DNA from: Narcine bancroftii
Lineage: Eukaryota
Length of the DNA stretch: 64,000 bases
Direction of reading: 5' to 3'
NCBI RefSeq assembly: GCF_036971445.1
Contig: NC_091478.1
Coordinates: 29,016,001 to 29,080,000, forward strand
Below are positions 1 to 11,049 of this stretch, piece by piece. Positions within the stretch are counted from its first letter, which is position 1; every line of letters starts with the position of its first letter. The notes below the pieces were generated by a model. It was given only the letters and a program-made list of their open reading frames with translations, was not told the origin of the DNA and did no database searches. The translations under genes and the position numbers were made by a program.

Positions 1-167
1 CCCAACCCCAACCAACCAATTTTCCCTTGCAACTGCTGCAATCGTGTCTGCCTGTCCCGCATCGGACTTGTCAGCCACAAACGAGCCTGCAGCTGACGTG
101 GACTTTTTACCCCCTCCATAAATCTTCGTCCGCGAAGCCAAGCCAAAGAAAAGAGAAGAAGAAAGAA
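1..167 (+). mobile_element. RTE-clade LINE, 3' end
   Basis: Nearly identical to the 3' ends of the RTE copies at 6580-7543, 20241-20625 and 58925-59925. Encodes CNRVCLSRIGLVSHKRACS*, followed by an (A/GAA)-rich tail. Confidence 0.85.
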
Positions 168-545
168 CAATTAACACAGCATCTGCAGAGTTAGCGCTGC
201 TCTCCAACCAGAGTATGACCCCTGCATTCTCTGCTCTACCCAGCCAGCGTTTCCTTCGGCACCCAGAGCAGCCCTGGACCCCACAGTTCGGGCAGGGTGG
301 CACCAGGTGAGGAACACTGGGGCTAACAGGGCAGTGATGGGGGGGCTGGGGGAGCGGGTTATGAATCGCGGGGGCGCTTTACCGGTAGGCCGGCCCCGTC
401 CACCACGTCCCCGCCTGGCAGAAGGCGTCCACCTCGGCGGAGGTGGGATGGGGGGAAGGCCTCCTGAGGGAGCGGCTCCCGATGGTGGAACCCGAACCCC
501 GTCACCACGACTGTGCAGCCGGAATGAAACCCCAGGCTCTCTCAC

Positions 546-600
546 CTTCACTCCGCCGCTGCTAATGTCCTTCACAGGCCCGAGCTCCGCGCCGGATGTC
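546..600 (-). other. Probable non-coding first exon of a divergently transcribed gene (ATP5MK/USMG5 by synteny)
   Basis: Consensus donor GAAG|GTGAGA on the - strand at 546/545, inside a CpG-rich island and facing away from PDCD11. Identity is inferred only from mammalian gene order; the start coordinate is approximate. Confidence 0.4.
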
Positions 601-845
601 CCGCCCCCCCCAACGACTATTGGAACAGACTCACATGACCACCCTGCCCTTTTCTGGATAGCCTCAGCAACAATTGGCTGACTAATGTCAGAGGATTACA
701 CTACCTGTTCAATGATTGGTAGAACAGTGAGACTGATTGGTGGTTCCTGCTTCCCATTAGATAAGAGCGACGTCACTCACAAGAACTGTCTCGCTGATTG
801 GCTGTATGGGCTGAACGCCTCGTCGCCCTCGGAAGCATTGGCGAG
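600..845. promoter_or_regulatory. CpG-rich, CCAAT-rich (NF-Y type) probable bidirectional promoter
   Basis: ATTGG at 619, 673, 715, 736, 797 and 837; CRE-like GACGTCA at 769-775; E-box CACATG at 632-637; outward-facing splice donors on both strands. Confidence 0.65.
810..845 (+). other. PDCD11: PDCD11 probable non-coding exon 1 (5' UTR)
   Basis: Donor GCGAG|GTGAGA at 845/846. The next exon (3585) has an acceptor 9 nt before the ATG, so an upstream exon is needed. Start coordinate is approximate. Confidence 0.5.
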
Positions 846-1004
846 GTGAGAAGGAATCCTTCCGGAGCCGGGAGATGGCCATGTGAACGGTGGAGCGGGT
901 GAGTATGGGGGACCATGGGGGTACGGTTTTCCGGGGTCGAGGGAGGGTTGGAGAAAGGCGAGGTGAAGGAGGGCACCCAGCACTGTGACAGACGCAGGAA
1001 CAGA

Positions 1005-1570
1005 AATAGACCATTCAGCCCATAAAGTCTGCCCCGCCATCCAATCATGGATCCATTCTCCCACTGTCCGGCCTTCTCCCCATAACCTTTGATACCCTGG
1101 CTGATCAAGAACCTATCAATTTCTGCCTTTTAAAAAAAACACATGGTCTCCACAACTGCTCGGCAACAAATTCCACAGATTCACCACCCTCTGGCTGAAG
1201 AAATTCCTCTGCATCTGTTCTAACTAGACAAAATTCAATCCTGAAGATATGCTTTCTTGTCCTCGACTCTCCCACCTTTGCATCTACTCTGCCTACTCCG
1301 TTCAACATTCAAAATGTTTCAATGAGATCTCCCCCTCATTCTCCTAAATTCCAAAAAGTACAGGCCAAGAGCTGCCAAATAGTCCTAATATGATAACTCT
1401 TTCATTCCCAAAATCATCGTTGTGAACCTCCTCTGAACCCTCTCCAAAGTCAGCACATCCTTTCTTAAATGAGGAGCCCAAAACTGCTCACAATGCTCCA
1501 AGTGAGGTTTTATTGGTACCTTTACAAAGCCTCATAAAATCCCTGCTATTGTATGCTATTCCTCTAGAAA
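1005..1570 (-). mobile_element. CR1-type LINE 3' fragment
   Basis: Degenerate RT C-terminus and 3' tail shared with the copies at 5830-6360 and 16520-16800. Confidence 0.7.
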
Positions 1571-2619
1571 TACTCTTTCCGACCATAACTTCCAGGGTGT
1601 GGGACATCATGAGGACAGGCTGTTCATCCCACTACCAGTGCTTCTTGGCACGGTTTTCTTTGTGTTACCCATGTACCCTTGAATTCACTTGCATGTGTTT
1701 TGGTGTTGAGTAAACTTAGTGAACCTCAGGCATTTGCCACTGTCTGGCTGGGTGGAGAGGTCTTGGTTTTGAATGGACAACTCTTTGGATTCTGAATCCT
1801 GGTTCTAGATGTAAATTTAGACATACAGGCCACTTCGCTGTAAAGGCATTGCGCTAACCGCTCTGCCAACTGTGCTCTTCTGTTTCTGAAAGCCCCAGAA
1901 AGATACAATGCCTATATATCCATACTGCCTTGTCCCCCAGTGCCACAGATGTATCAATTTTGGACATGACCAAGATCAATAAACCTTCAGACACCAATGG
2001 ATTTAGTTGTTGGGGCTTAGGTTGGGAGCTGCCAAATCAGAATGATAGAACAAGCCTTTTCTTCAATGACGTTCTTTCAAAGACCCAGCTATGATCAGCT
2101 GAAGGACCTGATCGTCATTGAGTAATTTTGAAATTTCATTTGGACATTAAGTCATTGAACATATTCAGCGCTGACGGCGTAATATTTTTGTACATGAAGG
2201 AAATTGGGGAATAAATGGATCAGACAGGAAAATTAATAAACTGCAGGATCAGTCACTGTCACATTAAATGGGGCAGCTCAATCATTCATTGTGGAGGCAT
2301 CAGACAACTCAAAACCGGCCAGTCGGACTAAGGGACCAGTTGGGACAGAGATGAGAAATTTTTTCCAATCCATGGGCTGTGAGTATTTTTTTGTCACCTG
2401 TGGCAATGAGCTGTGAATGCAGGTGTTGCTATTCAAAATGTGGTCCACATCATTTTGAAAGAGAAGAGAATTGGGGATGTGGGGTTGGACATTCTGTAAC
2501 ATTCTGCTATAACGGTAGTGCTGCTGCTGTTCCAACTGCCAAGTCCAATTGCCGACAGCTCCGTACAGGCTTTAAACAGCCTGTAAACGGAGCTGATGGT
2601 GGTTTTATTTAAAAATCCC

Positions 2620-3225
2620 CCGACCGCGGGATTTACACCCAAGGTGACAGCACCCATGATCGGCAGCAGCCACAAAGGGTTGCAGACTCTGGGGAAGTGG
2701 AGGACTGGCGCATGGCACCAGAAAACGGGAGAACCCCCCATTTGGGAAGGCGAAGCAGAGGAGATGACCCATTGGGATAGTGACTACGGTGGCAGACCAG
2801 CAAAGGTGTTCTGCAGCTGAAGAACACACAGGCAGCGGGTTGTTGGTGACTGGAGGCAAGGAACCCACGCAGGTTGTGGGCTGTTGACAGTTGAGGAATT
2901 CACACCAGGCGGTAGACTGCTGGAGACTGGCTGAAAGGGTACCAGGTATTGGAACCAGGATGTGAGAGGGGGCTGATCGTGTTGGAGGTTTGGGTCTGGA
3001 GCTCGTGTTGCTGATAATTTGAACTGAACTCCATAGCTGCGGGAGGACTGAAGGCAAATCCATGAACACTTGGTGACTCTGGGAGGACTCTTTTGCTTCT
3101 CTTTCTCTGACTGTAAGAGGCATTTCAGACAATTTCTGCCAATGGCGAATCTGTCTGCCTTACCGCTGACTAAAGTAAATTTTGTGTAATATTGCAGTCT
3201 TTATTATATGATTCTAAAGGGATCT
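2620..3225 (+). mobile_element. Interspersed repeat (SINE-like) with LINE-type 3' tail
   Basis: Homologous to 21385-21890 (GTGACTCTG..GGACTCT..TTGCTTCTCTTTCT...TCTGCCTTAC). The tail also matches 52818-52938. Confidence 0.55.
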
Positions 3226-3593
3226 TAAAAGAACAGACGAGTGTACTTAACCCTCTGTACTCTACCCCTATTGCTTCTCAGTTTATTTTTCTGGTACTCT
3301 CCCATTACATCTTACCTGTTGGCTTGTGCTCCTCCCACCATCACCCCCTCCCTGATTTTTGGAACTCCTGTTCCCGTAACGCTGACTGCCTTGTACTTCC
3401 TATGGATGCTGCAAGACCTGCGCCTTTTTTTTGTGTTTTGCACTCATACCTAACATCTGCAGATTTTCTTGTTTACCTCCCTTATTTCTTTTGTCATAGC
3501 CTGTGTGGATTTGTTACCTCAGTGTGTGGATTACCTGGTCTAGGCTGGAAGAAGAAATGACTCGATATCTTTTTAACTCCCTAGGTTCTAACC

Positions 3594-3692
3594 ATGGCTG
3601 CAATGGATGAAGACTTTCCTCGTGGGGGTGTACAGAGAAAGGAAACTGCAGTGAAGTACAAGAAATATGAGGAACAAGGCAACTTATTTGAA
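3594..3692 (+). CDS. PDCD11: PDCD11 coding exon 1
   Basis: Acceptor cctag at 3584, Kozak accATGG; MAAMDEDFPRGG...EQGNLFE|gtaagt; 99 nt. Confidence 0.93.
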
Positions 3693-3927
3693 GTAAGTTT
3701 TGGAGATGGTGCCAGCTGGAAAGACATAGGGAAATGTAAAAATATAAAAATAGATGGGACAGTGCAGAGAGAGCTTCACTCTGTGTCTGACCTGGGAGTA
3801 TGTGATGGGACGGTGTAGAGGGAGCTTCCATCTGGATCTGACTGATGCCTTGTATGCCCTGTTTTCAGTTGTACGGTGATATTTGAGACCCCTTTAGAAA
3901 TGCTGCTCTATCCCTCTCTCTCTTCAG

Positions 3928-4065
3928 TCAGGGACTGAAAATCAAACAAGGAGCCCCAAGGTTAAAAAACGGAAGAAGAAATTGAGCAAGGAGATTGTGA
4001 AAACCCCTGTTGAAGTGCAAGGCTGGGAGTTGCAGCCATCGGATGCAGACATTCTCACGTTCGAG
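3928..4065 (+). CDS. PDCD11: PDCD11 coding exon 2
   Basis: ttcag|SGTENQ...DILTFE|gtacgt; 138 nt, phase 0/0. Confidence 0.85.
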
Positions 4066-4534
4066 GTACGTGATGGGGCTGGACTCAAGAGTCCGCTTTT
4101 CAACTGTCACACCACCATTCCATTCAAGCACTCTGTCTCTGGCACCATGATCCCCTTTCAAATGACCACCAACCCACCCAATGAATGCTTATTCTGCCCA
4201 CTAACTCATGGCTTCCATTGGTGCAGAATCTAACTCCCTCTCCTTGACTCCTCCATCCTCTGCTCCAGTCCTAACTTCAAGAAGTGAATGATCTTCTTTG
4301 GCATTGAGATAATCCCCACCCCTTAATTCTGCGTGCATTACTGTTCTATGATTTACTGTCATATCTCCCTGGTCCTGCCTATAACCCCATGTCTGGCCGC
4401 TGTACTTTTCTCCAATTGCCTCCATCCTCTAGTACTTGAAAACAGCTATTCTCAATCTTTTTTTTGGCTATGGCCCTCTTTGGACTCTGCTCAAAGTTTA
4501 CGGGTCTCCCCCTTTCCCTGTGAAGCATTCTAGT

Positions 4535-4782
4535 TTAATTCAATTTTTCATTTAGATGTGCAGCGCTGTTACAGGCCCTTTCGGCCCACAAGCCCGTGCC
4601 ACCCAATTATAGCCAACTACAAACCTTCCGTACGTTTTTGAAGGGTGGGAGAAAACCAGAGCACCCCGGAGGAATCCCAAGCGGACATGGGGCAGTGTAC
4701 AAACTCCTTACAGTGCCGGAGTCGAACCCACGTTGCTGGTGCAGCAGCATTGCACTATCCGCTACACTAGCTATGCCACCCA
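4535..4782 (-). mobile_element. tRNA-derived SINE (HE1/V-SINE-like)
   Basis: Reverse complement of the family at 9545-9790 and 26412-26625; A/B-box-like head. Confidence 0.7.
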
Positions 4783-5829
4783 CTGCTCTGCTAATCATGC
4801 CTTTTGCTTGGTTTCTTTTTAGACCTACCAACTACATGAAATACTTCAAGATTTCAATCCCTGCTCCCCCTCTCCTACCTTGTATGTGCTATGGGCAGCC
4901 CCCACCAGCACCGGAGTCCGTATGCCCCCATTGAGAATGATTATTCTAAACTGCGTATTTGTCCATAAGATCTCCTGCCCCTTGAATTCAAATTGCGCCC
5001 AGCTTCCCTTAGTGTTCCCATCCACCAGTTGATACTTCGGATTTGCTCCCTTGAGTTCTGTGTCAGTGCAAACCGCAGTGATACATAACAGTGGTGGATG
5101 AACTCAGCAGGCAGCAGCACCCATGGGAAGGAATGGATGTTTCGGATCTGAGCCCAAGCTCCTTCCAGTCACCTCCCAAATTCGGTCTGGAACTCCATTT
5201 CAGTTCCTTTGGTCGGGGTTCTGCTTTACCACTGTTCCAAAAATGACACTTGGTGTCATTGAGGCAAAGATAATTTATCCATCCACACCACTCGACTCAA
5301 TACCATGCACAATCGTCCTCCATGATTTCCTGCTCCCTGGTAGTGGGTGGGAATCTGCACCAGTCTTTCTGTGGCCCTCATCACTTCTCTGCATGGTGCT
5401 CCTCGGCAACATTCACGAGAGAAAGCCAATCGGACCTCTTCTGCTTGCGGATAATGACAACTCTGAAATGTCTCCCTCGATGCTTCCTCCATCAGTAAAC
5501 TGGCTTTTCTATCCCTATCTTAGGACTGGAGTTTGTGATAGAAACTGGGGGCATCCTGTTCCCTTTCTACTCTCCATTCGCCAGTCGTGAGCTCCACCCT
5601 TCTCCTTGGCTTCTGAACCAGACTGTTCTCCACCTGGGCCCTGTCCTTCAATTGTAAACCGAAAGATTTCCCTGCACTATTGACACATCACCTGTCTTTG
5701 CACTAACTGCAGCTGTGAATATTTATTTATCTACCCATTTATTATCTCTTTTGCTGTCTCATGGGATGTTGTAGTCATTTAAGTTGTACTGTTCTCGTTG
5801 GTGTATCTTGCCTACCCGTGTGGCTGCAG

Positions 5830-6362
5830 AAATTAAGAATAGGTGTTGGAGTCGGCCATTCTGGCCCATTGAGCCTGCTCTGCCATTTACTGATCTGGTT
5901 GTGGGCTCAGCTCCACCTACGTGTCTTTCCCATGACCCACAAGTCTACTACTTTGCAAACATCTATTAAAATACTTTATGAGGCAGCCTTCCTTGGACAG
6001 AGAATTCCACAGATTCACCGTTCTGGGAGAAGCCATTCCTCCACATCTCCCACAAATCTTGAGGCTATGTTCTCTAGTTCTAGACTCACCGACCAGTGGA
6101 AACAACTTTTCTGCCTTTATTGTATCTGTACCTTTCATAATTTGATGTTTCCGTAAGATCTCCTCTCATTCTTCTAAATTCCAGCAAGTAGTCCCAGGCG
6201 ACTCGATCTCTCCTCGTATGCTAATCCCCTCATCTCTGGAATCAACCTGGTGAATCTCCTGCACCTTCTCCAAAGCCAAAGTCTATTTTTGCCCAAGAAA
6301 GGAGCCCAGAAGTGCACACAATATCCCAGGTGCGGCCTTGCCAATGAACTCCTCTCTATTTT
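5830..6362 (-). mobile_element. CR1-type LINE 3' fragment
   Basis: Translates as RPHLGYCVHFWAP...RRFTRLIPEMRGLAYEER. Confidence 0.75.
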
Positions 6363-6579
6363 AACCTGGGTGAGATTTGACATGAAGAGTCCATGCCATT
6401 ACTATGGATATTTCATTCCTACAGCTTGGTGTAAAGGATTTTACTGGATGTCTGAAGGAACAGAATGGTTTAAGGGGAGAGTACCGCTTAAGCTATGGAG
6501 TTGACCTACCCTGAGCTCCTGCAGGAGTGATGAGCTCCTCTTCGCATCCTCCCATGGGTTTGAGAGTTAATAGAATATA

Positions 6580-7543
6580 TTTAGTTGCCCATTCAGAGCC
6601 AGCTCTTCAGCACTTGACGTCCTGTTTTGTGGAAACTGCCAAAATGTTTGGCCTGGAAGTCAGCCTGAAGAAAACTGAGGTCCTCCATCAGCCAGCTCCC
6701 CACCATGACTACCAGCCCCCCCACATCTCCATCGGGCACACAAAACTCAAAACGGTCAACCAGTTTACCTATCTCGGCTGCACCATTTCATCAGATGCAA
6801 GGATCGACAACGAGGTAGACAACAGACTCGCCAAGGCAAATAGCGCCTTTGGAAGACTACACAAAAGAGTCTGGAAAAACAACCAACTGAAAAACCTCAC
6901 AAAGATTAGCGAATACAGTGCTGTTGTCATACCCACACTCCTGTTCGGCTCCGAATCATTGGGTCCTCTACCGGCATCACCTACAACTCCTAGAACGCTT
7001 CCACCAGCGTTGTCTCCGCTCCATCCTCAACATTCATTGGAGCGACTTCATCTCCAACATCGAAGTACTCGAGATGGCAGAGGCCGACAGCATCGAATCC
7101 ACGCTGCTGAAGATCCAACTGCGCTGGGTAGGTCACGTCTCCAGAATGGAGGACCGTCACCTTCCCAAGATCGTGTTATATGGCGAGCTCTCCACTGGCC
7201 ACCGTGACAGAGGTGCACCAAAGAAAAGGTACAAGGACTGCCTAAAGAAATCTCTTGGTGCCTGCCACATTGATATCGCCTCAAACCGTGCATCTTGGCG
7301 CCTCACAGTTCGGCGGGCAGCAACCTCCTTTGAAGAAGACCGCAGAGCCCACCTCACTGACAAAAGACAAAGGAGGAAAAACCCAACACCCAACCCCAAC
7401 CAATCAATTTTCCCTTGCAACCGCTGCAACCATGTCTGCCTGTCCCACATTGGACTTGTCAGCCACAAACGAGCCTGCAGCTGACGTGGACATTACCCCT
7501 CCATAAATATTCGTCCGCGAAGACAAGCCAAAGAAAAAAAAAA
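6580..7543 (+). mobile_element. RTE-clade LINE, 5'-truncated, frameshifted
   Basis: RT C-terminus (FGLEVSLKKTEV, FTYLGC, RLAKANSAFGRL, QLRWVGHVSRM), Cys/His tail and A-tail. Confidence 0.92.
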
Positions 7544-7958
7544 TAGCACATTACAGACCTTTCAGCCCTCGATGTTGTGTCAACCTATATATTCCTACCA
7601 AAAAAAATACTAAACCCTCCCTACCTCTTAACCCTTTTTTTTTCTCCATCCATGTGTCTGTCTGAGTCTCTTAAATGCCCCTAATGTTTCAGCCTCCACC
7701 ATCACTCCCAACGCCCCTAATTGTTTCTTCCCTATTCCCATTTTGTGTGTAAGTGTGACATTAGCTCCTCTTCATCTGCGCTAGAGCCACGGGTTCCTCA
7801 CCCTCATTATTTGCTTCTTGTATGATCCCAGAAGTCCTTAACTTGATACAAAATGGAATTGAATTATATACATGTGTATTTGTAATTTTAAATGTGTATT
7901 TGTAATGCTTGGGAATGCTAACCTGCTTTGCCTTTTGTTCACTCTCTTCCCCATGCAG

Positions 7959-8123
7959 AAGCTCACGGTTGGAACCCTGTTGTTAGGATGTGTGAAGGAA
8001 GTGACTGACTTTGAACTTGCCATTGGATTACCCCATGGACTCACTGGTTACGTGAGCCTCACCAACATCTGTGATGCACTCACAAAATCTCTGCGTGAGA
8101 AAGTCAATGAGGACCTGTTAGAG
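7959..8123 (+). CDS. PDCD11: PDCD11 coding exon 3
   Basis: gcag|KLTVGTLLLGCVKEV...EDLLE|gtgaga; S1 motif; 165 nt. Confidence 0.93.
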
Positions 8124-8965
8124 GTGAGACTAATCACTCATACCCTCTCTTATAAATTTCCACGTTTTCTCCTCCTGGGAGCTGGATACGGTGCATCAGA
8201 ACACGCTCAGCTCGAAGCAAGCGGCAACGTATGTTAATTCTGAAAAAGTATTAGTAGGGTTTGGGCCAGGATATCTGTGCTGAGCCAAGACCAATCCTTC
8301 TCCAGCTTCTAAAACTGATCTAGGGCCCTGTCTGCAATGGTCAATGGTGTTTGTTAAAGTGTGCCCTTCGGTCTTGTGTAGGTGCAATTCTCCAGCTCTT
8401 TACACTGAAAGATTGGTGCAGCCACCATGAAGGCTAAAAGCCATGTGAAACCCCTGCTCACTGCAGTCTGTTCAAAGGGATGTTCTCACTCTGCTGATGT
8501 GATGTAACTGGAATGGTATGGCTGGCTCTGGGAATGGGGAGATGTAAATATGTTGTGTAATAGATTTGTAACTTGTGCGAAGAGTTATGTGATTGAAATA
8601 GGAAGTCTTTTAGCGTCAGGTTTAAGGTAGGTCGATGAAGGTGCCTTTTTCTGGCAACCACAAAGTGTGGCTCCTGGAAACTTTGAGAAAACACAGACCA
8701 AACAGGTCGGACATGGAGAGATGGTCATTCAGCATTTTGGGTCAGTACCCTTTATTGATTCTTACCGAAGCTCAATAACAGTCTCAGGCTGAAACACTGA
8801 CTAATCATTTCTATCCGTGGGTGGTGCCTGACCTGAGTTCCTCCAACATCTCCCGTCTGCACAAGCTGTCTTGGAGTATATGGGTGCCCCAAGGATTTGC
8901 CTCGTGTCTGCGATGCTTTCTGCTGTGGCGTATCTGAACACTTTACTTTTCCAACACTTTCCCAG

Positions 8966-9127
8966 GATCTGACTGCTCTCCCTGATCTGTACAGCCCTGG
9001 CATGATCTTGCGGTGTGTCGTTTCTCAGCTCGGGACAACTCAGACAAAGCACCACAGCTTGAAGCTGTCCATTAACCCCAAGGAGGTGAACGCAGCACTG
9101 TCAGCAGGGGCACTGCGAGCAGGCATG
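8966..9127 (+). CDS. PDCD11: PDCD11 coding exon 4
   Basis: ccag|DLTALPDLYSPGMILRCVV...LRAGM|gtgagt; 162 nt. Confidence 0.93.
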
Positions 9128-9303
9128 GTGAGTTCATGGCCAAGGGCATTGCAAGCAGGCAAGGTGTGTTCATCGCCGAGGGCATTGCAAGCAGGCAAGG
9201 TGTGTTCATGGCCAAGGGCATTGCAAGCAGGCAAGGTGTGTTCATCGCCGAGGGGATTGCAAGCAGGCAAGGTGTGTTCATCGCCGAGGGGATTGCAAGC
9301 AGG
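9108..9303 (+). repeat. 36-bp tandem repeat (~5.4 copies) overlapping an exon donor
   Basis: Unit GGGCATTGCAAGCAGGCAAGGTGTGTTCATCGCCGA. Confidence 0.93.
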
Positions 9304-9544
9304 TGTGGTGAGATATTACTTGCCTAGAAAATGAATGTACAGTAATTGTGGTAGATGGCGAGGTGGGGGTTGAGTGTAATCCGATCAACCATAATCTTAT
9401 TGAGCTCAGGAAATGCATGAAGGATCGAATGGAAGTGTAGCATTCCTTGTGGTCACAGGGATAGGGTACCAAGAGAGCATTCAGTCAAAAGGGATGAGTG
9501 GACCAGAGAATCACGGACGAGGCAATCCCTAAGGACTAGTTAGG

Positions 9545-9790
9545 TGGGTGGCATAGTTAGCATAGCAGTTAGTACACACTATTTTTACAGCACCAGCGAC
9601 CCTGGTTTGAATCTGGTACTGTCTGTAAGGATTTTGAATGTTTTTCCTGTGTCTGTGGGTTTTCCCCAGGTACTCCAGTTTCCTTCCACATACAGGGTTG
9701 TAGGTTAATTGGGTATATTTGAGCAGAATGGGCTCATGGGCCAGAATAGCCTGTTATCATGCTGTCCAACTAATTAAATTTTAAAATTTT
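9545..9790 (+). mobile_element. tRNA-derived SINE
   Basis: GGCATAGTTAGCATAGC head and GGTTTGAATC B-box-like motif; body shared with other copies. Confidence 0.7.
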
Positions 9791-9905
9791 GAATTGAAAA
9801 ATATAAATTTTGAAGTGGTTGTTCAAGAAAAGCTGGGAATGGTGTGCAGCATCCTTTGTCAGGTTTCCTGCTTCTGTTTTACAAGTTTGTGTTTCCCTCT
9901 CTCAG

Positions 9906-10029
9906 CTGATCTCTGGCTGTGTGTCCAGTGTGGAGGACCACGGGTACCTGGTTGACATCGGAGTCAAGGTCACCAAGGCCTTTCTCTCGCAACAGAAAGC
10001 CCAGGAATACATTAAAAACAAGAACCAAG
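9906..10029 (+). CDS. PDCD11: PDCD11 coding exon 5
   Basis: ctcag|[20 protein letters not shown]...|gtaggc; 124 nt, ends phase 1. Confidence 0.93.
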
Positions 10030-10372
10030 GTAGGCCTTCCTCGAAGATGGGATCTGTTCATGTGCCAGCTCTTCACACCCTGCAGTCCATGATCTGAAAG
10101 GTGGTATTTAAGTATTTTGTGGCACCAGCTCACTGTGACAAACATCTAGATATTGAAGTGTCAACTGTGCCCTCTCAAGAGTTACCAGATTTTGCCAATC
10201 CCTCCATCACTGCATGGTTGCTGAAAAGCTTTCCAGCTTTTAGGAATATTTCAACTCCTGAAAAATGCTGAGAGCTAGTTTGGAAATGAATGATACTTCA
10301 CATTGGCAATAAATTGTGCTTGAAATATTTGGTACGTCCTTTATTGTTGCCTTGTGTATTTTATTTCATTAG

Positions 10373-10554
10373 GATTCCCTCTCCGTGTTGGTCAGTACCT
10401 GAACTTGCTCCTGGAGTTGGTGAAGGACAATGGCCGATTCGTCCAGCTTTCGATCCGTCCGACTGATGTTGCTATGGCAGTGGCTACGGATGATCAGAAC
10501 TGGGGCTTTTCCAACTTGCTTCCTGGGCTGGTGGTGAAGGCTGAGGTTCAGAAG
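10373..10554 (+). CDS. PDCD11: PDCD11 coding exon 6
   Basis: ttag|..LRVGQYL...NLLPGLVVKAEVQK|gtacct; 182 nt. Confidence 0.92.
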
Positions 10555-10556
10555 GT

Positions 10557-10678
10557 ACCTGATTTGAATCCAGTACTGTCTGTAAGGATTTTGTATGTTT
10601 TTCCTGTGTCTGTGTGGGTTTTCCCTGGGTACTCCAGTTCCCTTCCACCTACAGGGTGGTAGGTTAATCAGGTATATT
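10557..10678 (+). mobile_element. 5'-truncated tRNA-derived SINE abutting a splice donor
   Basis: Matches 9598-9720 closely. Confidence 0.65.
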
Positions 10679-11049
10679 TTGACATCTTGTCTCATCCTCC
10701 CTTCCCCAAAGACTGGGTACCTCTCAGGACAAGCGGAGTCTTGAGCAAGGTCTTCTGATGGTCAGGTAGATGCTGATTACATGTCGAGGAAACCAAAGCT
10801 GAGGCTGTGCATGCAAGGAATTGACTGATCATCCAGGCTCTGTGGAGCGCAGCTGCTCGAATCCGCTGTGCCAGTCATTGAGATCGTGGCAAACCAAGGG
10901 GTGATTGGTTTTTGGAGTTTCTCACGGGTGGGTCAGCCGTTCGAGTTGCTTTCCACTACTCCAGGTTCTCTGTGTGACCATGTGGGTTTCCTGTCACACC
11001 CAAAGATGCTCAGGTTGGCAGGTTAATTGGCCGTTGTAAATTGTCTAGT

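Noticed and set aside
171-1108. GC-rich ORFs (134, 124 and 111 aa) around the promoter
   Set aside because: Low-complexity Gly/Pro/Arg translations expected from a CpG island; no recognisable domain.
2063-2121. 9-bp stem TCAATGACG/CGTCATTGA with an inner CAGCT/AGCTG stem (possible miRNA or snoRNA)
   Set aside because: Pairing is too interrupted for a pre-miRNA, and there is no properly placed C/D or H/ACA box set.
9108-9303. 36-bp repeats resembling a CRISPR array
   Set aside because: Units are contiguous with no unique spacers; eukaryotic intron; no cas genes.
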